Origin: Fimbriosthenelais zetlandica
Taxonomy: Eukaryota
Length of the DNA: 64,000 bases
Reading direction: 5' to 3'
Assembly (NCBI GenBank): GCA_977030845.1
Contig: OZ365111.1
Coordinates: 40,052,001 to 40,116,000, forward strand
In this document: positions 52,793-64,000 of the stretch, piece by piece
How positions within the stretch are numbered: the first letter of the stretch is position 1
Layout: every line of letters starts with the position of its first letter
The notes under the pieces: model-generated
The model's input: only the letters and a program-made list of their open reading frames with translations
The model's database searches: none
What the model was told of the DNA's origin: nothing
Position numbers and translations under genes: made by a program

Positions 52793-55700
52793 TCGTTGCA
52801 ATTAATCTTATGCATGGTACACTGTTAAAGCCAGGTAGTTGTAATTTCGGAGTAGTGATTTGGAGATTTACAAATTAGCAAATTGTAAATTAGTCCTAAA
52901 TGTGTTGGACTATTCAAACCAGTTCAGTGGGAAAAATATGCATTGTGATAATGATTGCTAACAATCACTGAAAGCCAAGTAAATCTAACTTTGACTTTAA
53001 TAATACTCAATATCCGCGAAATAAAGGAAAACTTATTTTTCATCAGCGAGTCAAATAACATCATCAGAGTTCCTGGGTACTGTCCGGTCTTTCAAACAAT
53101 TCTTAGAAGATAAAATTTCATGTTTTTGTCCAAGGGGAGAAATTTCAATTTGAAAAGCGAGATGTAAAAATGTGTCGCTATTACGCCTGTGGGACCGGCG
53201 GTAAATTAATATTTCCGCCAAAACATGAAGAAAGAAAGCCCCGTTGAGACACTGGCCAGAAAATGTTTAGGAGGATCGCAGATAACATGAAGGGAAAATT
53301 TGTAAAAGTACTACTCAAAACTGCAAAGTAATACTATCCTTATAATAAATAGTGTGGATATACATCAGCATTAGCTGGGTAGATTCGTTCTTCATTGCCT
53401 GCACAAGGTGATTCCTTGGTGACTAAATTCAGCTAGCTCGGCTCTGCAGGGTGAAATCCACCTGAGAAAATGAGGCCACCTTTTTCTGATCGAGTAGCAT
53501 TTATCATTTATTACCTGGAGGAAGATTCTGGAAGAGCCTAATCAGGGCCATCTCTGTGGACTTAAAACCAGTGGTTCAAACTGGTAATTGACGTCCTTTG
53601 GGGACTAAGGCGAGGGGTCCATCAGGACAAATGGTCCCTGATAAAGTAATGATTTTCATGCCACGGTGGCTAAATGCTCCATTATGTAGGAAGGAGGAGG
53701 TGCAGGGACCAGTCCAGCACTCATTTGGAATTCTCCCTCCCCTGACTCTCTCTCCTGCATTCTCAAAGACCCCAAGACAACAACCATCCACGATACGATC
53801 CACCCCCACCCATCACCTCCTACTTGCACTGACAAAAATGAAGTCAGATTTTAGTGATTATCATTCCCATTGCCCAGCATAGCAGAAGTAGCATTTTTCT
53901 AACGTTGCCATGTGCTTAAGATGCGTGATGTAACAGTTATTATAGGAACTCAAGACTAAATATGTCTGACAGGTTGTCTCTTCTGCCAGGTTCTATTTGC
54001 TGGCTACAGGCAATGCTTCTTTCCAGGCTGTCATTTTTCTGTCTCAACCTGTCCGAGCAACTCATCTCATTTGCTCACAAAACAGCCACATTAACACATA
54101 CCATGAGGCTGAGGGGCCCATTTGCACCCCTGACAAATGGTACCTGAAGGCCCCTGTATAACAAGTTCGCGTAATTTACATCTGAATATAAGAGAAGGAA
54201 AAAAACGACTGTCAAGCGCTGAACATTTCAGACTGTCAGAACTTGTTGGTTGTATAAAATCCCCACAGAAACCACCACCTCATCCATAAACCCCCAAATC
54301 CAATCTTACCCCCTCCCTTATTCCAATCAAGCCCCCTCATCCAATTCATTTATATACAGCCTCGATTGAAGCCCATAAAATAGACCCCAGTTAACTTGGG
54401 CTAAGATAAATGGAGTGGAGACCAGTAGTTGGTATTAGTGGCCTATTTTGCTTCATTGCTCGGTAAGGGCCAAGAGGCAGTGACTTGCTCCCAGTGTTTA
54501 CTGCTGACAACAAGGATCGATGCGCGGCATGATCTGATGCTATCATTTACCCCCACCACCCCAGTACTACTGCTCCATTATCACGCCAAGGCACAAAATG
54601 CTTTCTGATTGACTCCCTCCATCAAATACCCATTGGTTGAAGGTAATGAGCTCTTGGCTGTAAACCACCGGAAAACATCCTGAACGCTGACATTAATGCA
54701 GGGGATCGTTGGCTGGAGGAACAAAGTGAGACATAGGTCAATACATCCACCATCTCTCTGTCCATGCACTATATAATACCAATCCCGAATAAACAGGTTC
54801 TCTCACACGGCCCAACCAATCCAATGATTCATATTACCATCATAGCAGCAAATGAGGTCTTTATGAACATTTTATAGAGAAGTCCGAACAATGACAATGT
54901 TTTGCTCTTTTAGATGGTCTGAATTTTGTTTAGTGTAGGCGACTCATGCCAGAAGCATGACATAAAGAAAAAATTCTTATGTTTCTTGTGTATTTCCTAT
55001 TCAGGATATCATATATACTACCGATAATCTGGTAGGATAAGAATGTATTATAGGCCTATGGTTAGGAAAGCTAGCTAGTGTTTTAAGTGCTTTAGTAATA
55101 AGCAAAGTTCAACTAAATTACTTCAAGTGGGATTATGTAAAGTGAACCAAAACCAATTTCTCATTTTTTGAAGGCTGGTTAAACGATTTCCTCGAAAAGA
55201 TATTACAAGACATAATTAACTAATTATTTTGATGGATCTGAGTAATTTTGTCCGATCCTAATTGGTATTAAGGAAGCTGAGGATGATAAATACACGTCAA
55301 TTAAGTTCTGTGCAGGACCTCTGAATTTGTTTAGTTAGTGCTTTTAGAAGATTATGTCAAGGCGAAAGTGCTGAATGCTTAGCAATTGATTTTAAAACAA
55401 TGAAGGAAAATAGATCCCCATGAAACAGAAGTGCATGCTATGGAATTAAATATGCTTGGACTTTTGTTCTCCCCTTTAACCCTATGTTTAACTGGCACTA
55501 ACATGCATAATACATTAGCAGATAAGCCGGTCCCTCTTTAGGGCTTTGATGAGGCTGGGACATTCTATGGGCAAAGCAAAATTTTTTCTCCCTCCTAGAG
55601 GAGGGATATAAAGATCAATATAGTTCCATTTGCACCGATGGTACACTTCGATGTAAAGTCCATTTACATCTGAGAAATGAATTGCTGCAGGAGAAGGGGT

Positions 55701-55972
55701 AAAATGAAGAGAGTGAAAAGCCATCTCCATGCAGCTTCTTCTCTAATTGGAGGCATTGCAAAAGCCATTATTATAATATCATAAGAGAATAATGCGAGCA
55801 CGGACAACATAGAGGTATAAAAAAAATAAAATAAAAATAATCCCTCGGTACAGTGAGATAGACATTTTACATGAGGAATATATTATAATCCACCCTCTGA
55901 TGCATTCATTTTCCATTCTAACTATTGTGTTGATTGAGGGTATAAGGAAAAATTACTGTTAACTTTACTTAC

Positions 55973-55999
55973 GTGGCATATCCCTCGATCCATAGTTAG
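55973..55999 (-). CDS. Candidate 27-nt neurexin microexon (LTMDRGICH) at the SS2-equivalent position
   Basis: Minus strand reads ...tttctggtttaacctttgtcgcatgcag|CTAACTATGGATCGAGGGATATGCCAC|gtaagtaaag. It has a consensus donor, a branch-like TTTAAC, a short pyrimidine tract and 9 codons with no stop in phase 0, which fits the phase-0 acceptor at 48889. Confidence 0.4.
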
Positions 56000-57559
56000 C
56001 TGCATGCGACAAAGGTTAAACCAGAAACTTGTTAATAATTCACAAGAATTCACAGCATTTTCATAAATTAAAGAGGCATTAATTAATATGTATCTCCCCC
56101 ATACCCTGACCTTTTAATCATGTTACTATTCAGAGATCTATCATGCGGGGCTCTCATTCATCTAATTAAGCTAAAAGCGTGGACAGGAGTTGCCCAAAGG
56201 GATGACATTGACCATTTGACCTTTGGTGCAGCACAAAACATCCTAGATGATATATCAATTGTCTCCAGGAAGAGAACGTTATTTGTTATTGCCAGGTGCC
56301 ATTCCTTTGTCTGCTAGTGTTAATATGATTATAGGGGGGATAATTTGGCATGAATTGACATTCACACCAGTAATGGCCTTTATGTGATGTCTTGACGAAA
56401 CGTGAAAATGATATAAAACCTCATGATCAAATGTCAAAAAGGAGGAATCTTACTCTTTGGCCTTTATTGGGAAAAATAGTGAGATATTGAGATCTGGAGG
56501 TCACAAGACAAATGAGGAAAATGTCAAACGTCTAACATTGAAGAAGAAAAAGACAACGTTGGATCATGATTGACCAAATTGCTTTAAAATGAAAGAGGGA
56601 GTTTCCAAGGAAATTGAATCAAAAACAATCAACTGAAGTTATAACTTTTCAAGCAATACAAGAAAAGAGTACCGACGATGCAAACAACAATTTAAATTAA
56701 CAAAGCGAAACGTATGTATATAGCCAAACATGCGACAGACAATAAGACTTATTAGTGCCATTTAAGCTCACATTTCCCAGTAATAGCTAAAATATACAAA
56801 ATCCTGTTGTGCGGAGGAGATAACCTCAACAAAAATATTATATATGCCATGTAAAAACATTATTTGGTTTCAAAGAATATCAATTTTCTCGTGGTATGAA
56901 TTTTCATTGGCAGTCAAAACGAGTTTTGTATAAATCACATTGTCACAACAGTTACTGTCATTAGACAGCTGAATATTAATTTCGATGAACAAAACAAACA
57001 AAATAGGTAGGACACGTGAGAAGTAGGCGAATGGGTGCTTAAAAAGCCACACTTAATTGGAATTATTATTCTTTCTCAAACAAAATCCAATACCCTACAC
57101 GTCACATCAGCAGGTCATTGTACTACGACATGGCTAAAAATGGCCTGTTGCATGGTAGGCCTATAATATGGGAAAGTAGACTTCTTTCCACTATCTAAAT
57201 CTCACACTTTGTGACGTGCTATCCATTACTTCCACTTTCATTTTTTATCGTCCAACCACTTTTATATAGAAGAAGCAATTCAATAGCACGAAGGAAGGTA
57301 TATATAGCGTTTTCAGTAAAATATTTGGTAAAAGATTGATGCTTGGTTTAATTAGGCCTAATTAGGCCCTAAGGCTACTTTAATTGAAATTGTTACAGAT
57401 TCTAAATCTTACGCCTAAATATAGTTAATGTAGGCTAAATGAATTACGAAGGTCAGTGGATGATTAGAATTATATCATTTTAATATAAATATGCAACAAC
57501 TTGAGTTAAACTATAGTTTGTGGCCCTTTCCTCTTTATTTTTGTTCGGCCCTTTTGCCA

Positions 57560-58930
57560 ATTAACCCCCACCTTCTCAACCCCAAACCCCATCACCGCTG
57601 GATTGACAATTTTCTCTATAATAATCCTCTATCATGTACTCTCGGGTCAACGACAAGAGACAATTATATTGTTGGCCAACATTTCCCTCAGATTAAGGCC
57701 ACCAGGGTGTGGCTTTCTAGACATGTGTACCTCCATTTCTATTTTTTCTTTACTTAACCCCTGAGCCGCGGCTTGGATCAAACAAACCTGCAATAGAGAT
57801 GGACAGGCTATGCAGGATTCATAAGAGGTGGACACTGCCTGGACCTGCATGTCCATAGGCGATGTTCGTATGGATATTAGGGACAACGTGGGCCTGTCTC
57901 CTTGATCTTGATCAATGCCCGATGCCTGTATGAATATTGGAATCGTGCCCTGCACAATAACTCCCGGCAGTGGTCCTGTTTTGTCAGAGGGCAACTATAC
58001 AATGAGTTGGCTTCTTGGATGCCCCCCCGCGCACCACCAAGCAAGCAGGACCTTATAGTGCTGTTCTTGGCATATTTTCATGAATAAAGCATGGAATACA
58101 CTAATTCGATTCTCCATGCGATAGCTGTGCGAAACCCTATTTCTAATGGCATTCAATGAACATTTTTCAGTGGTTAGATTTTCTAAGGTGTAAAGGACTG
58201 TTAAAATTACAACCATTTGGTGTGAATACATATATAACAATACTTTCGCACAGCTATAGCATGAATAATCAGATTAGTGTATTCTTGGCTTAAGCCGCAC
58301 CCAGTAGCCACCACCTTGTAAGCAAGCAGGGGATAAATGTTATAAAACCAACCACCTATCTAGGTTCTTTATGAAGCAATAATCTTCCATAATTAACCAG
58401 ATCATCAGGAAGCGCTATGAGAGAAAGCGCGATAGACTATAGGTTCTTCGTTTATGTACATCGTTGTAAATAAGATGCCAATCTCCTGTGCATTATTCCT
58501 GCACACACCCACTTGTCCCTTGAAACTATAGTTTCTCCAAACTTGTCTCTTCCTGCTGCTATACGGCCACTCTTTATGTAATGCATGATATTGCTGTGGG
58601 ACACTACCAATTTAGCCACTCCCGGCCCCCTGTAAACGAATAGCTTTTTGTCGTCTACTCTGAAATGTGATCCCATTGCGTGAGCAGCCGCCTCAGAGCT
58701 ACTCATGGTCTGGCCACTGACCAGGAGAGCAGCTCTCAAGCGGCCACCATTCGGCGCATGCTCATCACGACCATAGCCGTCCCACACGTAGTTAGGTGCC
58801 AAAATCAACAATTGCCTTTGCCTGCCTCTGGGCTTCCAGAAAGCGTGACAAGCCATCATCCTTGGAAGAAGATGGACGGCCCCTAGCCACACCCTGATGC
58901 TCCATCCTTGGGTGTGACAGTTGGGTATAT
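57560..58930 (-). mobile_element. Decayed DIRS/Ngaro-like element: RNase H remnant and internally deleted tyrosine recombinase remnant
   Basis: DGASGCG*GPSIFFQG*W resembles TDASG.GFGA.FQG.W. IFIQASGIDQ...CP...AAAQGLSKEKI..KW resembles SKTDQ...CPV...AAA.G.....I...GRW. The downstream end is G-rich with AATAAA. Confidence 0.45.
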
Positions 58931-59855
58931 GTACATATTTGGGTCCTTGAAACCCTTCATAGATCGATACACCATACACGGTGGTCATTTTGGCATCTCC
59001 TATCTATTTATAATCGCGTGGGTTTCGCTGAGAAAACTATGCACAAGTTTTGGATTATGTCCAAGTGATCCATCTTTAAAAAGGCATTAGATGGAGGCCT
59101 CTTGACGTAATATGAAAGAGATGAGTGAAACGTTTGCTCACAATGACATATATGTCATATTAGAGAATACGAAGAAGATACGCTCTATTTCGTATTCAAT
59201 ATAAATTTATAATATTCTTTTGTCTCTGATTAAAACGTCAAATTTACTGGTTCAACTGTCAGTCTAACTGAGTGCATCTCACTGACAATGCTTAGTCTTT
59301 TTCTTCTTTGGTACGGTGCAGTAACTTCAACCAATACGATTATGTATACCTCTGGGAGGGGGTGTTGATATGGTATTGAGCTTCAGTGGTAGAAGGAAAA
59401 TGCTCCCTATTGGACGAGGATATAAAAAGGAGGAAAGTAAATCCTCCCGTCACTGCCTAGGAGGCCTAATTAGTTTCTGCTGGAGCCGATCGCCTGGAGG
59501 TGGTATTCGTTAGGATGGTACTATACACGGGCAAAGCTTGCGCTGGAAGTAGTATAAACAAAGGAGGATTTGGCCCGGGCGGGAACAGCCATCTGCGCAT
59601 CGAGCATTGCCGGCATTGACCTACAAGAACATGTGCTATTGTGCAAATTCCATGTCATTCATTCATTATGCGATGAGGACAATGTAAAACACAATTCCCT
59701 GAGACAGCTATAAAACTAAAGAATGAGCACTGCCCACTAATAGATGTCTATGGTCGATTCTCACGACATGATGACTATGGGGCCATCCATGCAGCTCTGC
59801 TGCCGTATGTGCAAAGTAAAATGCTCTATCTCCACTAATACAATGTTTGGAATTT

Positions 59856-59900
59856 TGAAACTGAAGAAGGTCACATACCAGGCCGAAACGTCGTCATTCA
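59856..59900 (+). ncRNA. Minimal type I hammerhead ribozyme motif of the Penelope-like-element class
   Basis: TGAAA-CTGAAGA-A-GGTC(ACATACCA)GGCC-GAAA-CG-T-CG-TC-ATTCA. It has the CUGANGA and GAAA cores, a 4-bp stem II with one G-U pair, a palindrome-like short stem III (ACG/CGT), a GUC cleavage triplet (C17 = 59895) and a stem I pairing TGAAA with ATTCA (4 of 5 bp). Confidence 0.6.
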
Positions 59901-61399
59901 TATATATACATGTACAGCAATATGCCTCATTAAAACCGCATATAAACTGTAATTTGGGTGTTTTTTCAAATTTTTAATTTTGAAACTAGACCAAATTGTA
60001 GGAAATTTCTGACGCTATCATGAGCCATGGTCATCTTTGAGTTCATATACCATAATATATTATATAAAATCTGCGGATGTTTCAGTAAGATCACATGATG
60101 TAGTCCAACCAAAACTACCTAAGATATTCCCATTCTATTTTGTCTTATACAGTAGGCACGCCTCACCAACTTTGCAAGTCGAGAGGTATATATGTCTTTT
60201 TCTCCCTGATGACAGCATTTTCTGACCATCACTTCGTTAAGCTTTTTTTTGCTGACAGATTCATCCGTGACCATAATGAGTGTCTCAGATACTGGCTGGA
60301 TGACGAATGACTCCTTTTATACCTACATGGACTCATTCACAACAGCTTCACTGCATTCCCACAATAATTAGTTTGCCCCACTTTTTTACTGATGAACAGA
60401 TGGTAAATTTTCCAAGAGTCTCATGCCAGGTTAGTATAATTTTTTTTTTTTTTTACTTTAAGAACCGTTTTTTGGCATGTAAAGTAATAGCGTACATCAC
60501 GAAGCATGAAGCTTCAGCTTTGTTATGTTATAAAGTGTTCATTCAAAATATCAATGAGACTGTGATGGATGTCAGGTCTAATGGTTTTTTGCTTTAGATT
60601 AGATTTCCAAAGGAAATACAGAAACGAAACATGAACATGAACATCTAATTCTGGAGCCCATTTCAAAACAAAAATTAGCCATAGACTTAGTATTGCTAAT
60701 TTTTCTTTTGAAATATGCCCCTGGGTGTGCTTGCAGCCAACTTCTCGAAAGTCAATGAAGTATTTTGCACATTATAAAAATCACTGAAATTCTCATATTA
60801 TACTCCGTCCCCTTGCAAAGAGAAATATCTGCCTATATATAATACATGATTTGAAGCATATAATACTCATTTCAATTAAGACTATTTATGATTCAGTGTC
60901 ATAATGATATAATGAAATTGTTTTGTATCTAGATGAAAGCTTGTTCAACCGGCACCCTAGTCATCAATAAACCTAGGTTTTGTGGCGTTCCATTAAAGCC
61001 TCTTTGATAATCACTGCGATAATGCTATGTTCATTTTCTAAAGCACTATATGTACATTGATTCTGGACATTAAATGGTGCAAGATAAAACAGAGCGTACA
61101 CGGGATGGCAATTAATGCAAACATCACTTGTATCTCAATTCATTTGAGTTTTTTACGATCAATGATTCCATTCCAGATGCCTCCCAGATAAAATTTCCAC
61201 CGTAGGAATTTCGGTCCTTTGCATGAATATTAACAAAAAATCCATCTGCCTTTGACAGTACCTATATATAACGTGTAGTGGTGACTCATATGGAAAAATT
61301 CAATACTTGGCTCGAATTCAATACATTAGTCTCCTCGAATGATAGGTAAGGATTGACTCCCAACTTTTTGTATAGGTCTATTGCACAGTGGATGTTTTT

Positions 61400-62150
61400 T
61401 TCTAGGTACAGGGCCCCCAAGGCTGACATGTCTCAATTCTTTATCTCAGGTGGCTTCTCCGGGTGACTTCAACATGACTATGGAGACTCATAGTAACTTC
61501 CCAGCCCTTAAGACTAGCCAGCACCTGGTCCCCTCAATAAATACCGGCACCGACCGACAGGTCCTTATGTGGTCCCTCAATCCATGTCAAAAGGTCCATC
61601 AGTTTACGGCCATGCTAAATCTCACCACTTGTTAGGAGAGAGAAGTGTGGTCTACCACTGCGGATGAGAATATACCAATACTATATATATCTAAATGCTG
61701 AGGAATTTGGGAAGACAGATCCTCTGCAATCTGGCATGTCTCGGTTACACCAATGCTGACAAAGCTAGGCATACGGGTCGCCTTCAATGGCTTTAATAAG
61801 ACATGCAATAAGTAGTTGTAAAATGCTTCCTGGATCAATCCAGGACCACTGCGAAGGTAATAATTACAGCCTTGATTTTCTTCCTTTAATTGGCTTTAAG
61901 ATGCGTGTCATCCCTATAATTTAACTGAACCAATACCAGAATTACAAAAGATGTCACGGTATAAGCAACCTTCACCGTGCAGCACACAGCGAACACGTTT
62001 TGAGAAATGATTACCGTGAGCTCTTCTTAAAAAGAACAAAGGCTGCCCATGATCCTGATGAGCGATAATTCCAGGAGATAAAAAAGAGACAAACCGTTGT
62101 TTAAATCTTGAGGATTCTTGCAAAGCGCTGCGTGAGGGGAACACGTTCCA
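61400..62150 (-). mobile_element. Decayed CR1-type LINE 5' region (possible esterase ORF1 end plus endonuclease start)
   Basis: AFYNYLL...FVSIGVTETCQ...IPQHLDIY...CWLVLRAGKLL*VSIVMLKSP...VSLGG follows the endonuclease motif order. Upstream KRVRCVLHGEG loosely resembles the SGNH 'DG.HLN..G' motif. Confidence 0.45.
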
Positions 62151-63699
62151 AACTCAGGGCTGAGATGATCAGGCCCAGGATGTGGGGAGCATGTAAACGG
62201 CGCCAAATTAGTCACACTCATCATAAATTAGGCTCTGTGACTAGAATGGACTTAAGCTATTTTCTGAGGAATTAGCCTGTTTTCCTCTGCATGTGTTCGT
62301 GATGTTTATGGACGTTGGTTAATAAAGAGAAGACTTTCTTTCGGATGTCTGTGCACATCGGAGTTTTCTTCCATGCAGCTTACAGAATGGTAGTTAGGTC
62401 AGTATGACAGCAGAATAAGGAATGGTTGAACAGATAAGAGAAGAACTTGAATTATAACTAATCCTCATCATATATAATCGACATGTCTGAAATGTTTAAC
62501 ATGACTGATTTGATGGTGCATGGATTTGTACGTGCATGCCCTGGTCACAAACAAGGCTGTAAACTTTAAATCACCTACAACTTGCACGTTCCCTGTTCTC
62601 TCGGCAATTTACATCTGCATCTCCAGCAGATCAAATTCTCAGAAAAATTAGCATCCTGTTGCCATGACAGCTCAGGACCCTTTTGAGCAGCATCTGGCAC
62701 CCAGAAAATCCAGATTAATTTACAAAAGGAGGACCAGCGCCTCCTTGATTAGACCACTTCCGTTTCCCCACTTCCGGTGATTTTCATTCCAAAGCCAGTA
62801 CTTGGATGGGGATATATTCGATTTAGTTTTTTTTATTTATCCGGGCACCAACAATGCCTAGCACTGGCGAATGGTCATGGAAATGAGACTGTCTTGATTA
62901 AATTGCGAGTTTAGTATTCAATTTCCCCTGACTAAGTGAGGCTGGACCCCAAGCAGTTGTCAACAGTGTGACCCATTTGCCGAGTTTTACGACAAGCGCC
63001 ACTAGCAAGGACCCAGATCAGATGATACATAACATTCTATTGTCTGCCCCCTTCAATATTTCCTATAATGTTTCTATGGCAAATTAGTCATTCATTATTA
63101 ATGAATGAAAGTGTTTTAGTTTTTATGCAGGGATCACTATTTATGTTCTTGAAGGGGCTATATCCGGGCACGTATAATAAATGCATATTAATCACGTTCA
63201 TTAATAGAGGGCAACTTGAATAGTCCTACCTAAAGTATTTCTAACCTAGCTGTTATTAAAATGGGGGAAGTTTCTTAATTGAGATTGCAAATCCAAGTGA
63301 GCGCCGGCTTCACATAAATCAGATCAGTCTTCTATTTTAATCTGCAGGCGAGAATTAATTAAAGGTTCACCACAGGTAAGACTTTAATGGCTTCCATTGG
63401 TCTGAGATACATATGCAATCGACTATCGCAGTGATAAACAGTGATATATAAATTATTTGATTAGGTTTATAATTATATAATAGATAAACATATCTTTACT
63501 TACATATATCAGTAGCATAATGTATCAATTATTGTTTACATACTTTTACAAACTGCATGCTTCAGGTATTTCTGAATATAATTAGAACTTTGACTTCATT
63601 GCAAATATTAGTTAAATATTCATCATTTGAACGAAACGTTTATCACAAGACCTGTATATATATACATGTCCCACCAGGACATTTAGGCTGAAATCGATT

Positions 63700-63960
63700 G
63701 TCGCTAGTTTGACACTGAGGAATAAGAAAACAAACTGTACTCTTAGTCTTACTGGAAAGCCACAGGAGTGCATCTCCTCTAACCAAATGTTACTCTCCAC
63801 TAAAGCACTGAAGGTCATAGTGTCATTTCCCACCCGGGATGGATGTACGGGACGCAATGCTATAGTGTCGCGGGAAAAGATCTATGCTGTTAAAAACAAA
63901 GACAGCGATTCGTCTACATTGTGATCAGACCTGCAGTGTCAAACTGCAAGAAGGGAAGGT
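63700..63960 (+). mobile_element. Possible LINE endonuclease C-terminal remnant
   Basis: VIVSFPTRDG...L*SD, resembling Q.V.FPTR...LD...SDH. Confidence 0.3.
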
Positions 63961-64000
63961 AACTATCTTGGCCTGTAGAATATACATAAAGAAGAATAGA

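Larger units (their letters stand above)
48890..64000 (-). other. NRXN: Probable neurexin intron(s) upstream of the LNS2 C-terminal exon (splice site 2 position)
   Basis: Ends in the acceptor at 48890-48891. No exon for the N-terminal half of LNS2 (..WHDV.VTR..) was found by manual scan up to 64000. Confidence 0.6.

Overview
This is eukaryotic (animal, probably invertebrate bilaterian) genomic DNA, AT-rich with roughly 40% GC by eye. It shows no prokaryotic features and no CRISPR array. The only well-supported gene is an alpha-neurexin on the minus strand, represented by two GT-AG exons. One is 48731-48889 (end of LNS2) and the other is 45951-46740 (LNS3 plus EGF2); both exon boundaries and phases match vertebrate NRXN genes. 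I found no further neurexin exons, so nearly the whole window appears to be neurexin intron, filled with heavily decayed non-LTR retrotransposon fragments (CR1/L2-like endonuclease and RT ends), two decayed DIRS/Ngaro-like tyrosine-recombinase retroelement remnants, two copies of a Harbinger-type MITE and simple repeats. Three observations stand out: (1) a candidate 27-nt in-frame microexon in the intron equivalent to vertebrate splice site 2 (LTMDRGICH); (2) a tandem duplication that copies the LNS3 exon's splice acceptor and would create a truncated neurexin if used; (3) a Penelope-type minimal hammerhead ribozyme motif. Almost all ORFs in the supplied track look spurious or are frames of decayed transposons. 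All alignments were made by eye from remembered consensus sequences; no database search was run.
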